Source: a virus
Length of the DNA: 64,000 bases
Reading direction: 5' to 3' (one strand)
IMG/VR virus record: IMGVR_UViG_3300045988_115074
Span: 32,001-96,000 of that record
Below the pieces are notes generated by a model that had not been told where the DNA came from, ran no database searches, and saw only the letters and a program-made list of their open reading frames with translations. Positions within the stretch are counted from its first letter, which is position 1, and each line of letters starts with the position of its first letter. Shown here one piece after another: positions 27,744 through 37,476 of the stretch. Made by a program: the position numbers and the translations under genes.

Positions 27744-28244
27744 ATGAGTATTTTTGATGATGAATTAGAAACACCTATCTTATCTTTAGAAAATAACGGT
27801 AATGAGGTACCTCCTGTATTTGGTTTAGATTTATTCACTAGTGAATCACCTAATGAATCTGAAGAAATCAATGTCGAAGGAGAAGATACTTCTGAGATTG
27901 AGGTTAATGTAGATATTGGTTCTGGATTATTTTCAGCTGATGTTTCTGTAGAAGGTCTTTTTGAATTTGCTAAAGCTAAAAATGCTTATCAAGAACAAGC
28001 AGAGAATGCTCAGTATTCTAGAGCATTAAACAAAGAAACTGACGAAGAAATCGAACAACGCCACGCTGATAAAGAAGCCAAGGAGCAAGAAAAACAGGCT
28101 AAGAAAGAAGAACGTAAAGAAAATCGTAAACAAGCATTAAAAGATTTAGGTTCTGATTTAGTTGAAGCAGCAAAAGCTACAGGCAAAGGCGTTAAAGAAG
28201 TAGCGCGCATTGCTTATAACCTTGCTACTGGTTCTAATAAGTGA
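27744..28244 (+). CDS. hypothetical protein, 166 aa; acidic N-half, K/E-rich C-half
   Basis: Begins MSIFDDELE; RBS GAGGG; terminator 28256-28287. Confidence 0.65.
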   Translation: MSIFDDELETPILSLENNGNEVPPVFGLDLFTSESPNESEEINVEGEDTSEIEVNVDIGSGLFSADVSVEGLFEFAKAKNAYQEQAENAQYSRALNKETDEEIEQRHADKEAKEQEKQAKKEERKENRKQALKDLGSDLVEAAKATGKGVKEVARIAYNLATGSNK

Positions 28245-28255
28245 CGTTAAATAAA

Positions 28256-28287
28256 TTAGATACTCCTACAGAAGTAGGAGTATCTAA
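28256..28287. terminator. bidirectional hairpin terminator
   Basis: 14-bp stem TTAGATACTCCTAC/GTAGGAGTATCTAA, loop AGAA. Confidence 0.7.
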
Positions 28288-28301
28288 TTATATAAGTTAT
28301 T

Positions 28302-28454
28302 TTATTTTTTCGCTTCTGCTATTTTTCTAGCAATGTAATTTTTACGAAGTTCTTCCAACTTTTTCTGCTCTTCTTCACTTAAACCATTATGTTTAGGAAT
28401 AAAATGAGGACCAGTTTTAAAATCATCTTCGGTTGTGTTTTCAAATAAATTCAT
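28302..28454 (-). CDS. 50-aa protein (below ORF-track cutoff)
   Basis: Hand translation MNLFENTTEDDFKTGPHFIPKHNGLSEEEQKKLEELRKNYIARKIAEAKK; RBS GAAAGGTTAATAAAAATG; ends at shared hairpin 28256-28287. Confidence 0.4.
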   Translation of the reverse strand: MNLFENTTEDDFKTGPHFIPKHNGLSEEEQKKLEELRKNYIARKIAEAKK

Positions 28455-28524
28455 TTTTATTAACCTTTCTATCTAAAACCTATGAGTGTAAAACCATTTT
28501 CATAGAAATAAAAAGGAAATTGAT

Positions 28525-30150
28525 ATGTCTATTAATAAGTATTCTTGGGATGATGTAGATACTACCACCCCAGTAGAACAACATAAAGAAAGTAGTGAAC
28601 CATCAGGACAATCTTCTGATACTGAACCTACTACTAATAAAAGTAATACTTCTATTGAAGAAATTCTGAATGCTCCTACAGAAGCAATTAACAATACTGT
28701 AGAACAATTAAAAGAAGTAGAACATGCTGAAGATGAAGTAGCTAAGCTAGAATCTTCTAATGAATCTTTACGTAATATGTTAGTATTCATTAAAGATAAA
28801 GGCTGTATTTCTCGTGAAGACCGTACTACATTAATTGAGATTCAACCAGATATCCCACTAGAAGAAGCAAGTGAATATACTTCTACACCATCTCATCATT
28901 TGTTAGATGAAACTGAAGAAACCATTCAAGAGCAAATTTGTACAAATGAATGTACTATTAACCAAAAAATAGCTAATGATTATTATAATACTGCATTGCG
29001 TTTGTTAACCTATGGTGATAACCGACCTATGGAAGGTGATAACCTAGAACCTCAAGCGATTATGGTGATTAATGAGAAACTAGGTAAAGTATACGGTAAA
29101 ACTGAAAGTCTGTCACTTCGTTTAACCACTGTTCGTACTATTCTAGATAAAATTTATGCACAATTAATAGAAGAGAAACGACAAGCTCGTGAAGACCTTA
29201 ATTTGGCTATCTACGATAAAGAAGTATTAGAAGCTGTAGAAACACGTTATGATTGCGTAGCTGAATATATCGGTCAAGACCCAGAAGTAGCTGGTTATTC
29301 ATTCTTATTCAACGAATACGATAATCCTAAAATCAATAAAGTGACACTAGAACAATTCATTGAGTCTAATTTTAAAACGATTAATTCCCCATTTACCTAT
29401 TTGGCTTATATGGTAAATATTAACCGCATTAGTAACCTATTGGATGTTATCTATTTTAATGGTGATATTTACGAACCATCTTTTAATGAAAAATTAGATG
29501 AATGTGGACAGGAGTTAAGTGGTTTGTATAATAGTATTGCAGATTGGGTAGAAACAAGAAGTTCTGAATCTAATGCAAACATGAAAAAACAATTGGGTAT
29601 TGCAGCTAATGTGGTAAATAGATTGTTATATAATCAATACTGGAATCGTAAGTCTATTGATGAAGTACTCAAACCAATCGTAAAAGATACTAATGGTAAA
29701 GAACTATTTGGTAAACATTGTTTACAAGTCCTGAATTCTAATTTCAATAGATTAGAACACACCATTGTTGGTGCTTCTAGTTTGTTAATTGGTGAAGTAA
29801 GTAGTAATAAACTTTATTTAGATTGGTATAACGATGTCTTAATTAAATCCATTAAAGACAATATGGTTAAAGGACAAGACGATGATACTTACGCTGCATT
29901 GTCTGTTTTGAATAACTTAACTAAAGAAGTGATTCGTTATATTAGCTATTCATTCTTAACTAAAGTAGTAGCTTATAATCAATTGTATACATTCTACAAT
30001 AGCTGTAAAGATGCAATGGCATTAGTATTAGACTTCTTAGGTCAATACAGTGAATCTGAACCTAATGAAACGTTCTCTGAGGAAATTAATAACTTAGTAC
30101 GTCAATTTGGTTTACAATGTAAAACAGTAGCTGAAGAATTTAGAGCATAA
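28525..30150 (+). CDS. hypothetical protein, 541 aa
   Basis: RBS AAAAAGGAAATTGATATG; S/T/E-rich N-terminus; terminator 30157-30190. Confidence 0.7.
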   Translation: MSINKYSWDDVDTTTPVEQHKESSEPSGQSSDTEPTTNKSNTSIEEILNAPTEAINNTVEQLKEVEHAEDEVAKLESSNESLRNMLVFIKDKGCISREDRTTLIEIQPDIPLEEASEYTSTPSHHLLDETEETIQEQICTNECTINQKIANDYYNTALRLLTYGDNRPMEGDNLEPQAIMVINEKLGKVYGKTESLSLRLTTVRTILDKIYAQLIEEKRQAREDLNLAIYDKEVLEAVETRYDCVAEYIGQDPEVAGYSFLFNEYDNPKINKVTLEQFIESNFKTINSPFTYLAYMVNINRISNLLDVIYFNGDIYEPSFNEKLDECGQELSGLYNSIADWVETRSSESNANMKKQLGIAANVVNRLLYNQYWNRKSIDEVLKPIVKDTNGKELFGKHCLQVLNSNFNRLEHTIVGASSLLIGEVSSNKLYLDWYNDVLIKSIKDNMVKGQDDDTYAALSVLNNLTKEVIRYISYSFLTKVVAYNQLYTFYNSCKDAMALVLDFLGQYSESEPNETFSEEINNLVRQFGLQCKTVAEEFRA

Positions 30151-30156
30151 AGATAA

Positions 30157-30190
30157 TTACTCTACTACCCTTAATTGGGTAGTAGAGTAA
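30157..30190. terminator. bidirectional hairpin terminator
   Basis: 14-bp stem TTACTCTACTACCC/GGGTAGTAGAGTAA, loop TTAATT, between convergent genes. Confidence 0.75.
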
Positions 30191-30196
30191 TATTTC

Positions 30197-33100
30197 TTAT
30201 AGTGATTTAATTCTTTCTTCTTCGCTGCTATGTACTTTGAAGTTGAAAGTAACGTCTTCATCAACAGATAATGTTTCATCTGATTGAATGGTCAGTTTCT
30301 TACGAATAGTAGCACGTTTACCTTCATCTAACACTGTAAATGAAATAATACGGTCACTACCACCTAAATTACCTACTGTCAGACCAATAACGTCATCACC
30401 GTGTTCTTTTACTAGTTTAGAAACAATAGTAGAAACAGAAACTGTTTCTTTACTGATTTCTTCATTCAGTACACGAATAGTGGCTTCTTTAATCTTATTG
30501 ATTACATCGATGTTATTGTATACTTGACGAGATACAGTTAAGTTAATTTGTAACGATTGTGCTGCATTGATATAAGTCTCAATACCTTCGTTATACATTA
30601 CTTTCAATTGACCCATGGTAGCAGAAGGATAATAGTAAATACCAGTTTGTTCTAGTGTTTTCTCATTAATCGGTGTTAAATCAGAAACAATCCAGTCAAT
30701 GAATAAATCTACTAATTCATTACGATATTCAGTAGCAATATCATCAGTAGCAAACCAGTAAGTCGCATCAATTACCATAAGTTCTAAACGACGAATAATA
30801 TCACGAGGTCTATCAATAATCGGTTGACCATTGTTATCCAACATAATATCACCTTGACGATGTTTCCAAACCAACTGACCATCGTTATCTACCATTTGTT
30901 CACCTTTACGGTGTACTAGATTATATTTAACTTTACCATCTACAATGTTAATAATAGAGCCTGTTACTGCGTCTTTAGCATATACATCTTCTTCGTATAG
31001 CATAGGAACATTTTCAGTATAACGTTTGTAGATAATTTCATCAGCATAAGTTCTGGCACGAGACCATAACCATTTCAAATGGTGTCCTAAACGAATACGG
31101 ATACTTTCACTCAAGATAACCTTAGCATCATTTTCTAACAAATGGATACCTACTTTATCATCTAAAGTCACACGACTCCATCCATCTACATTACCATAAA
31201 AACCAAATAACAATTCAAAATTATTATCTAATTCAATAGGAATGTCTAAATCACTAGAACCTTTTAAAGATAAGTTATTAATAATCAAACAATGGTTATC
31301 GTCTAAGTCAAAATTAGTCACTAATTCAAATTCGAAAATAGGTTCTTCATCACTGTTTTTACCTATTAACCTACCATTTAGATAAACATCATTTTTATCT
31401 TGATAAGGTTTAACTAATAATTGTGCCCAAAGTCTATCATCTGGTAGTTTCTTATAATCAGAATTAGACTTCATCTCCACACGAATAATATAACCATTCT
31501 CAGAACGACGAATACTATACTTATCAGAAACAGTCAATGAGATAGGAATCTTATTGTTACTTTCATTATAGTATTTAGTAATAGCTTTTGGTGAATCTAA
31601 ATAGTAAGCACGTAATTTAACAGTATCGTCTTCATTATCGACAACATAGTGAAATGGTGAATAGAACATTTCTTTACTATTCACTTCTTTAGCTCTATTT
31701 TCAGCACTTAAGTCTAAGATACGTTTGATTTCAGTATGGTCTAACATAGACATCTTACCATTATACATGGAATAGATGGAGTTAGGCATAATGGTTACAC
31801 GTTTCTCATTGTCTTTTACAGTGCCAGTACCTACTAAACCTGAAATAGTAGTCGTCAGTGTTTCAATAGAAGCAGCAGCAGGAGTAATCAAATCAGAGTT
31901 CTCTGGTTTTGGCATACCACGTACTGCCCAATAAGCACGGTTAGTAACATAATCTACAGATTTAATAATCTTAAAGCTATTATCCAAAGAATGGTCAGTC
32001 AATGCAACGTGACTTACAGGAACTTCATTAGGGCCTACAGTGTTATTAATCACACGACTACGTAATTCCTCAAAGGTCAATGGGTCACGACCTTGGTTAA
32101 CATAGTCTCTACTGAAGATAATAACACTATGTAAAGAAGTCAGCGCACTACTGAATTCATCTAGTTCACTGTAGTCACGATTTTTAGAACCTTGTGGGAA
32201 GAAATCGTAGCTATATTGGTCTAGAGTATAGGCATCTAAGTTCATGTCTATCTTACCTAAGGTGGTATAGATGTTTAATTTAACACGACCACCTAATGAA
32301 CCAGAAACCACAGGGCTTGCTGCTGGATTAGTTAGTTGGTTATAGACTTTAGGAATAGACATTGACAATGTAAAGTCTTCTGTATTCTCTACTAGCTTTA
32401 ATACAGCGGTAGGTTTATATAAATCGTAAATATCAGGACAATGGGTAGTTGCCATCTCTTTCCATTTAGACACACCATCACCATGAAATACTCGTGCGTA
32501 ATGGTAGAAGTCATCAAATGTCTTAGATAATGTAATATTCATGTTAGCAGTAATATTGTCTTCTACGGTAATCTCACGTACTTGAATCATCTCTAATACA
32601 ATAGAAAGACGTTTAGCACCAGCCATTGCTTGAGATACTTCGTGATAAGCAATATTACTAGACAATGTTTGGATAGGTGATTTTTCAGTAGTATCGTAAG
32701 TTACCCTAAAACCACCATGTTTCAATTGTAAGATATTAACTGGGTAATCTAACATAAAATCTACTTCACCTACAGTGATTCGCATTCCTCGTGGAATACG
32801 TAATAGGTTACCACTACCATCAGGTAAAGGTTTTAATACTTGTAGGATTTCACCATAATCGAATGAAACAGCAAACTTAGCTTTAGCAGGTAAACCAAAT
32901 ACACCTACCCAATCTAAATCACTTAAGTGGTAATATAAATCTTCATGTGTTTGAGCAGATACAGGATATTGTCTACGGTTTAATAACCATGCTTTATTTA
33001 CTGCACCTGCTGTTTGCATAGCTGACATTTCAAGACATAAAGCAACAGGGTTTTCTGCTGAAATAATACCGAGTTCATTGTCTAATACTTTTTGAATAGT

Positions 33101-33199
33101 CTTTAACGCATCTCGTTGCAATCTTGCTGGAGAAGCAGAATAGCTAGATACATTTTCTACAATATCCGAAATTAAATCGGCATGTATAGCTTCAGTCAT
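30197..33199 (-). CDS. large hypothetical protein, 1000 aa (virion structural candidate)
   Basis: Uninterrupted 3-kb ORF; RBS AGAGGAATTAAAAAATG. The structural role is only a guess from size and neighbourhood. Confidence 0.65.
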   Translation of the reverse strand: MTEAIHADLISDIVENVSSYSASPARLQRDALKTIQKVLDNELGIISAENPVALCLEMSAMQTAGAVNKAWLLNRRQYPVSAQTHEDLYYHLSDLDWVGVFGLPAKAKFAVSFDYGEILQVLKPLPDGSGNLLRIPRGMRITVGEVDFMLDYPVNILQLKHGGFRVTYDTTEKSPIQTLSSNIAYHEVSQAMAGAKRLSIVLEMIQVREITVEDNITANMNITLSKTFDDFYHYARVFHGDGVSKWKEMATTHCPDIYDLYKPTAVLKLVENTEDFTLSMSIPKVYNQLTNPAASPVVSGSLGGRVKLNIYTTLGKIDMNLDAYTLDQYSYDFFPQGSKNRDYSELDEFSSALTSLHSVIIFSRDYVNQGRDPLTFEELRSRVINNTVGPNEVPVSHVALTDHSLDNSFKIIKSVDYVTNRAYWAVRGMPKPENSDLITPAAASIETLTTTISGLVGTGTVKDNEKRVTIMPNSIYSMYNGKMSMLDHTEIKRILDLSAENRAKEVNSKEMFYSPFHYVVDNEDDTVKLRAYYLDSPKAITKYYNESNNKIPISLTVSDKYSIRRSENGYIIRVEMKSNSDYKKLPDDRLWAQLLVKPYQDKNDVYLNGRLIGKNSDEEPIFEFELVTNFDLDDNHCLIINNLSLKGSSDLDIPIELDNNFELLFGFYGNVDGWSRVTLDDKVGIHLLENDAKVILSESIRIRLGHHLKWLWSRARTYADEIIYKRYTENVPMLYEEDVYAKDAVTGSIINIVDGKVKYNLVHRKGEQMVDNDGQLVWKHRQGDIMLDNNGQPIIDRPRDIIRRLELMVIDATYWFATDDIATEYRNELVDLFIDWIVSDLTPINEKTLEQTGIYYYPSATMGQLKVMYNEGIETYINAAQSLQINLTVSRQVYNNIDVINKIKEATIRVLNEEISKETVSVSTIVSKLVKEHGDDVIGLTVGNLGGSDRIISFTVLDEGKRATIRKKLTIQSDETLSVDEDVTFNFKVHSSEEERIKSL

Positions 33200-33219
33200 T
33201 TTTTAATTCCTCTAATAAA

Positions 33220-34398
33220 TTAATAAGGACCAATATTACTTAACAGAATAATGTCTTTTTTGGCTTTTACCATATCCTTAGTCGTCCACCATTCTAGTTC
33301 ACGTGAAATAGGATTAATTCTAGGATAACAATAGTTATTAAATATTGGCTGGTATTTCTTAGATACTTTAACGTAGAATCTCTCACGTAATCCATTTGCC
33401 ATATTTGGATTAAATAATGTCACAGTATTATTAAATTGCTTAATTAAAATCTCATCCAAATAAATTGCACCAGAACAAGCAAACTCAACATCTACAGTTC
33501 TATCGATATAAGGTCTAGGATTATCACTTGGATTAGAATAATCGAAGTAAGGACCAATATCTACGCTTCTTGGAATCGCATATCCTGTCGCACCCATTTC
33601 TTCTACGAACGTTCGGGTCTCATCCATTATGAGGCGATAGATTCTACAAGTGTAGTCCATTCTGCCGTTACCTAAATACTCAGGCCATGGCATCATGCCA
33701 TATGTTTGATATAAGACAAAACCAATATATTGAATCCAATAGTAATACAGATATAAAGTAGCACTGCCTTTCATGGCGTGCAAACTTAAGTTTAAACTAT
33801 ATTCTGTATTATAGGTACTAGGGCCATCTGCCATGATGTGTACTTCTTTTAGAATACCAGCAGGGGTACTGTGAATACCTAGACCACTAGAAGGCCATCC
33901 TGTTAATGATTTTACTAAGTTATCAGAAACAGCAATAAAAGGATAATTTGGGTCAACCAGATTAGAACCAGGGTGACGTGGTAAATCACTTTTACCTAGT
34001 GAACCACCATATTCTATTTGTTCCATTCTTTTTGCTAAACGAGGTGATAGAATCATTCGTATAGCGTGCATGAGCGAATTCTTATTCGCTGTTAATAATG
34101 GCATCATCTTTCTTTCAATTTTAATATTGTCGGAAGATAAGTTTAAATCTGGACGAGTAGTAAAGATATAACCTGGTTGATTGGTATTTGGTTTAATCAT
34201 GGGTGTGTTAGCAAGAATGTTAGGACCTTTAAAGGTATCTGCCATTGCACTTGACACACTAAACCCGTGTTTCATTTTTACAAGATGGTCTATAAAATCA
34301 ACGGTATTGGTAAGAAATTTTTCGGAAAGTCCTGTTAGCCTACCTTCGCGTAGTTCTTGCTCTAAGAACTTTTCGACACTATGTTGAGAATCTGACAT
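33220..34398 (-). CDS. hypothetical protein, 392 aa (start moved from 34482)
   Basis: ATG at 34398 has RBS GAAAGGTTAAAAATAAAATG. The track start 34482 would overlap the divergent gene 34436. Confidence 0.65.
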   Translation of the reverse strand: MSDSQHSVEKFLEQELREGRLTGLSEKFLTNTVDFIDHLVKMKHGFSVSSAMADTFKGPNILANTPMIKPNTNQPGYIFTTRPDLNLSSDNIKIERKMMPLLTANKNSLMHAIRMILSPRLAKRMEQIEYGGSLGKSDLPRHPGSNLVDPNYPFIAVSDNLVKSLTGWPSSGLGIHSTPAGILKEVHIMADGPSTYNTEYSLNLSLHAMKGSATLYLYYYWIQYIGFVLYQTYGMMPWPEYLGNGRMDYTCRIYRLIMDETRTFVEEMGATGYAIPRSVDIGPYFDYSNPSDNPRPYIDRTVDVEFACSGAIYLDEILIKQFNNTVTLFNPNMANGLRERFYVKVSKKYQPIFNNYCYPRINPISRELEWWTTKDMVKAKKDIILLSNIGPY

Positions 34399-34435
34399 TT
34401 TATTTTTAACCTTTCTATCTAAAAAGGAATTCGTT

Positions 34436-35689
34436 ATGGATATTGCAAATATGGGTATGACCGCTGTAAGCGCAATCGGCAATCAGCTTAAAGCAAATGC
34501 TGCTAAAATGATTGCGTCTGATTATAACAGCGCCACTTCAAAATCATTATCACAATACACTACAGAATTACAATTACGACCTACGTTTGCTATTGAGACA
34601 GAGTTGCTTAATGACTCGAATATGTCTACATTAATTCAGACAGGTCTAGCAAACTACGCAGGCTATTATATTGTTGCTTTGTCCATTGATAATACTATCA
34701 ATGGTGTAAGCATTGGTAAAGCTCTGGGTAAATACTCACCTACACGCGATGCGACAGGTGAGGCTGTTCGTTTAATGGGTCAAACAGTAGCTACTGTCTC
34801 CACATCTTCATATAAACCGGTCATCGTAAGTGGCAATACCACATTGTCTACATTAAGTAATAAAATTAGTGTACCAGCCATGATTCCAGATTTACCTAGC
34901 AAATATTTGGCTAAATTAGAGGTATCTACTGAAGCCACTTATCAGCAAGTGAACATAGAAGGTGAATTCGAAGATATTGCAAGTAATGTATTTAACCATC
35001 GTGAAAGTTCCGTTACTTCTGCTAATACTGATGTGTCTGAAGAGATTAATAAATTAGCTAACTTAGCAGCTGGTCGTATTTTAACAGTAGATGTATCACG
35101 TGAAAAAGCTAAAGCTACAGTAAATATCTTGTTAAAACCAGAATTGAAATCTATTCGTTCTAACATGTTAGTTGAGATTGCAGGTATTACTAAGAAACCT
35201 AAATCCATGCGTGAGCGTTTAATTGCTTACTTCGACCGTGGTACCATTAATTCTGCTTTTGACTTATTGGTTTGCCGTGATTTGGTTGAAGCACACCGTC
35301 GTAATCTAGTAGAAGATACCACTGGCTATTACGAGAAAACACATAACCGCAATGTAAATAATAAAACAGCAGCTATGTTAACAGGTGAGTTCTCAGTAGG
35401 TACTGTTGCTAATACTTGGATTATCTCCGATGCCACACGTACACGCATTCAAGCAACTATCGGTGCTAAATTGGATAACAAACGTGCCCGTGATAAATTC
35501 TTCGAAGAATCAGGTATCATGACCCTGATTGTTTATAATCAAGACTACCAACGTATTTTCATTTACAACCACGGTATTGACGATGTATCTGAAATTTCTA
35601 TGAACTATCTTGAGAAGAAAGCTAAATCTGATTCATTTGACATGGATGTATTCAAAATGCTTTCCCAAGGTTCTGCACCTATTATTTAA
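34436..35689 (+). CDS. hypothetical protein, 417 aa (codon-biased, probably abundant; structural candidate)
   Basis: RBS AAAAAGGAATTCGTTATG; CGT/GGT/ACT-rich usage. Confidence 0.7.
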   Translation: MDIANMGMTAVSAIGNQLKANAAKMIASDYNSATSKSLSQYTTELQLRPTFAIETELLNDSNMSTLIQTGLANYAGYYIVALSIDNTINGVSIGKALGKYSPTRDATGEAVRLMGQTVATVSTSSYKPVIVSGNTTLSTLSNKISVPAMIPDLPSKYLAKLEVSTEATYQQVNIEGEFEDIASNVFNHRESSVTSANTDVSEEINKLANLAAGRILTVDVSREKAKATVNILLKPELKSIRSNMLVEIAGITKKPKSMRERLIAYFDRGTINSAFDLLVCRDLVEAHRRNLVEDTTGYYEKTHNRNVNNKTAAMLTGEFSVGTVANTWIISDATRTRIQATIGAKLDNKRARDKFFEESGIMTLIVYNQDYQRIFIYNHGIDDVSEISMNYLEKKAKSDSFDMDVFKMLSQGSAPII

Positions 35690-35703
35690 AAAGGATATTT
35701 AAC

Positions 35704-36618
35704 ATGTTTGGTAATATTTTAAATAGTTTATTGAATACCTTTAAGTCTGACGATATTTCAGATACACTGATTGATACCCGTAATCGTATCCGTGATGGTG
35801 CCCTTGAAGTGGTACAAAGCTGTATTCAAGATACCCAAAATGTAGACTTCAGTAAAAACATGGAATATAAGTCTACTTTAGCTGCAATTCATCGTAACTA
35901 TCCACGTGGTACTGCGAAACTGGAATTGTTCCAAGCTTATGGTTTAATCTTAAATAACTGTGATAAACATCTAGATGAGTTGATTGGTTTAGTAACCAAA
36001 TACTTTACCAAAACAGTAGATAAAGATTCCATGACTTATGCTCGTGGTCAAATCATGGCTTTGGGTAAGACAATTGATTTCGTAGGTGATTTTATTCCTA
36101 AACACTGCCGTTATGTTATTGTTAAACAAAACGAACTAGCAGGTGGTTTGAAAGCTGAAAAAGTAATCTCACGTGGGCAAATCAACTACATTAAAGAAAA
36201 CACTGTAGAGTTTTACAAAGCATTGGTTTCTTTAGCCAGTATTAATATTGGTGAAATTGAGAAGATGTTAAAAGAGATTCCTGATGTAGTCATCAGTGAA
36301 GATGGTGCTGAAACAAAAATGTTTAAACAACATAAGCTAGACCCATCTGGTACTTTGAATAACTTCTTATCTGCTTCGACTAACCCATTCTATTATATTG
36401 GTATGGCAATTGTAGATTATCAACACAACAAATATAAATTGGCTAAAGAAGAAGTAGAATCTATTAAGATTGAATTAGAAGCCATGAATAGCCAATTGGC
36501 TAATGGTCAGGTAGACGCTTATACTGAACGCCAACGTGACCTGGCTATTGAGCGTATGCAGAAGTTAGAGTATCAGATTTCTAAATACGAAGAAAAAGCA
36601 CGAAATACCAAATACTAA
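35704..36618 (+). CDS. hypothetical protein, 304 aa, C-terminal coiled-coil-like
   Basis: RBS AAAAGGA; heptad-like C-terminus EEVESIKIELEAMNSQLA...RMQKLEYQISKYEEKA. Confidence 0.7.
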   Translation: MFGNILNSLLNTFKSDDISDTLIDTRNRIRDGALEVVQSCIQDTQNVDFSKNMEYKSTLAAIHRNYPRGTAKLELFQAYGLILNNCDKHLDELIGLVTKYFTKTVDKDSMTYARGQIMALGKTIDFVGDFIPKHCRYVIVKQNELAGGLKAEKVISRGQINYIKENTVEFYKALVSLASINIGEIEKMLKEIPDVVISEDGAETKMFKQHKLDPSGTLNNFLSASTNPFYYIGMAIVDYQHNKYKLAKEEVESIKIELEAMNSQLANGQVDAYTERQRDLAIERMQKLEYQISKYEEKARNTKY

Positions 36619-36632
36619 GAAAGGAATAACAA

Positions 36633-37409
36633 ATGAATATTCAAGAAAAGAAAGTCATTTATATTCCACGTAAACAGTATCCACTAAATAAAAGAAATAC
36701 CTGTGCGGATGATAATGTCCGTTGTTTCCCAGTAGACAATACTCATTCCACTTATGGTTTGGTTTATAATGCTCTTTACGAGATTGAACAAGATACTAAG
36801 AAATACAATGGTTATAATCAACCTAATACTGTTTGTAATGGTAAAGGCCCTGGTATTGTATTTCTAAATGGTATTGGTGATGTTGACATGGTTTATCAAA
36901 CCTATACTCGACATCCAGATTGGTTTAAAGGTAGTTCTTTAGAAGCACTGAAAAACCGTGAGACTGTTTACAACCTTACTTATAATCTATTAAGTAGTGA
37001 CTGGTATAATCTGTTAAGTAACTACGCTTCTACTGGTAAATTGGGTTATAATGAATTCATGGCATTTGCTGATGCCCTAAAAGAAATCGGTATTGTTCGT
37101 CAACCTAAAGACAAACCAAGATATTCATTGAAACAACATTCTCGTCGTCAAGATGAATTTTATACTGAACATCAAATTACTCATTTTGAACTTGGTTCTA
37201 TTATTAAGTATGTTCCAGAATTACATGGTAATTTTGATGACATTGTATTTGGTGAACCGAATAAAATCAATACTGCTAATCTGATTCGCCATTGTATCGG
37301 CTTTGGCGGTATTGGTTATTTGGTTGAATTGTTAAAAGTACTGTATGGTACTCGAACTATCGTAGGTTCTGGCCCTTATAATTTACTATTAAGTAAAGGT
37401 AGAGAATAA
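36633..37409 (+). CDS. hypothetical protein, 258 aa
   Basis: RBS GAAAGGAATAACAAATG. Confidence 0.7.
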   Translation: MNIQEKKVIYIPRKQYPLNKRNTCADDNVRCFPVDNTHSTYGLVYNALYEIEQDTKKYNGYNQPNTVCNGKGPGIVFLNGIGDVDMVYQTYTRHPDWFKGSSLEALKNRETVYNLTYNLLSSDWYNLLSNYASTGKLGYNEFMAFADALKEIGIVRQPKDKPRYSLKQHSRRQDEFYTEHQITHFELGSIIKYVPELHGNFDDIVFGEPNKINTANLIRHCIGFGGIGYLVELLKVLYGTRTIVGSGPYNLLLSKGRE

Positions 37410-37476
37410 TGGAAAATGATTATATGTTACTAGGTACACGCCTAGTGGTTAAGAAATAAGTTAAAAGGAAAATAAA

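Noticed and set aside
34436-35689. Calling 34436 (417 aa), 12439 (525 aa) or 62792 the major capsid protein, and 30197-33199 a portal or baseplate protein
   Set aside because: Only codon bias and size point that way. I cannot recognise HK97-fold or portal motifs by eye, so they are left as hypothetical or structural candidates.
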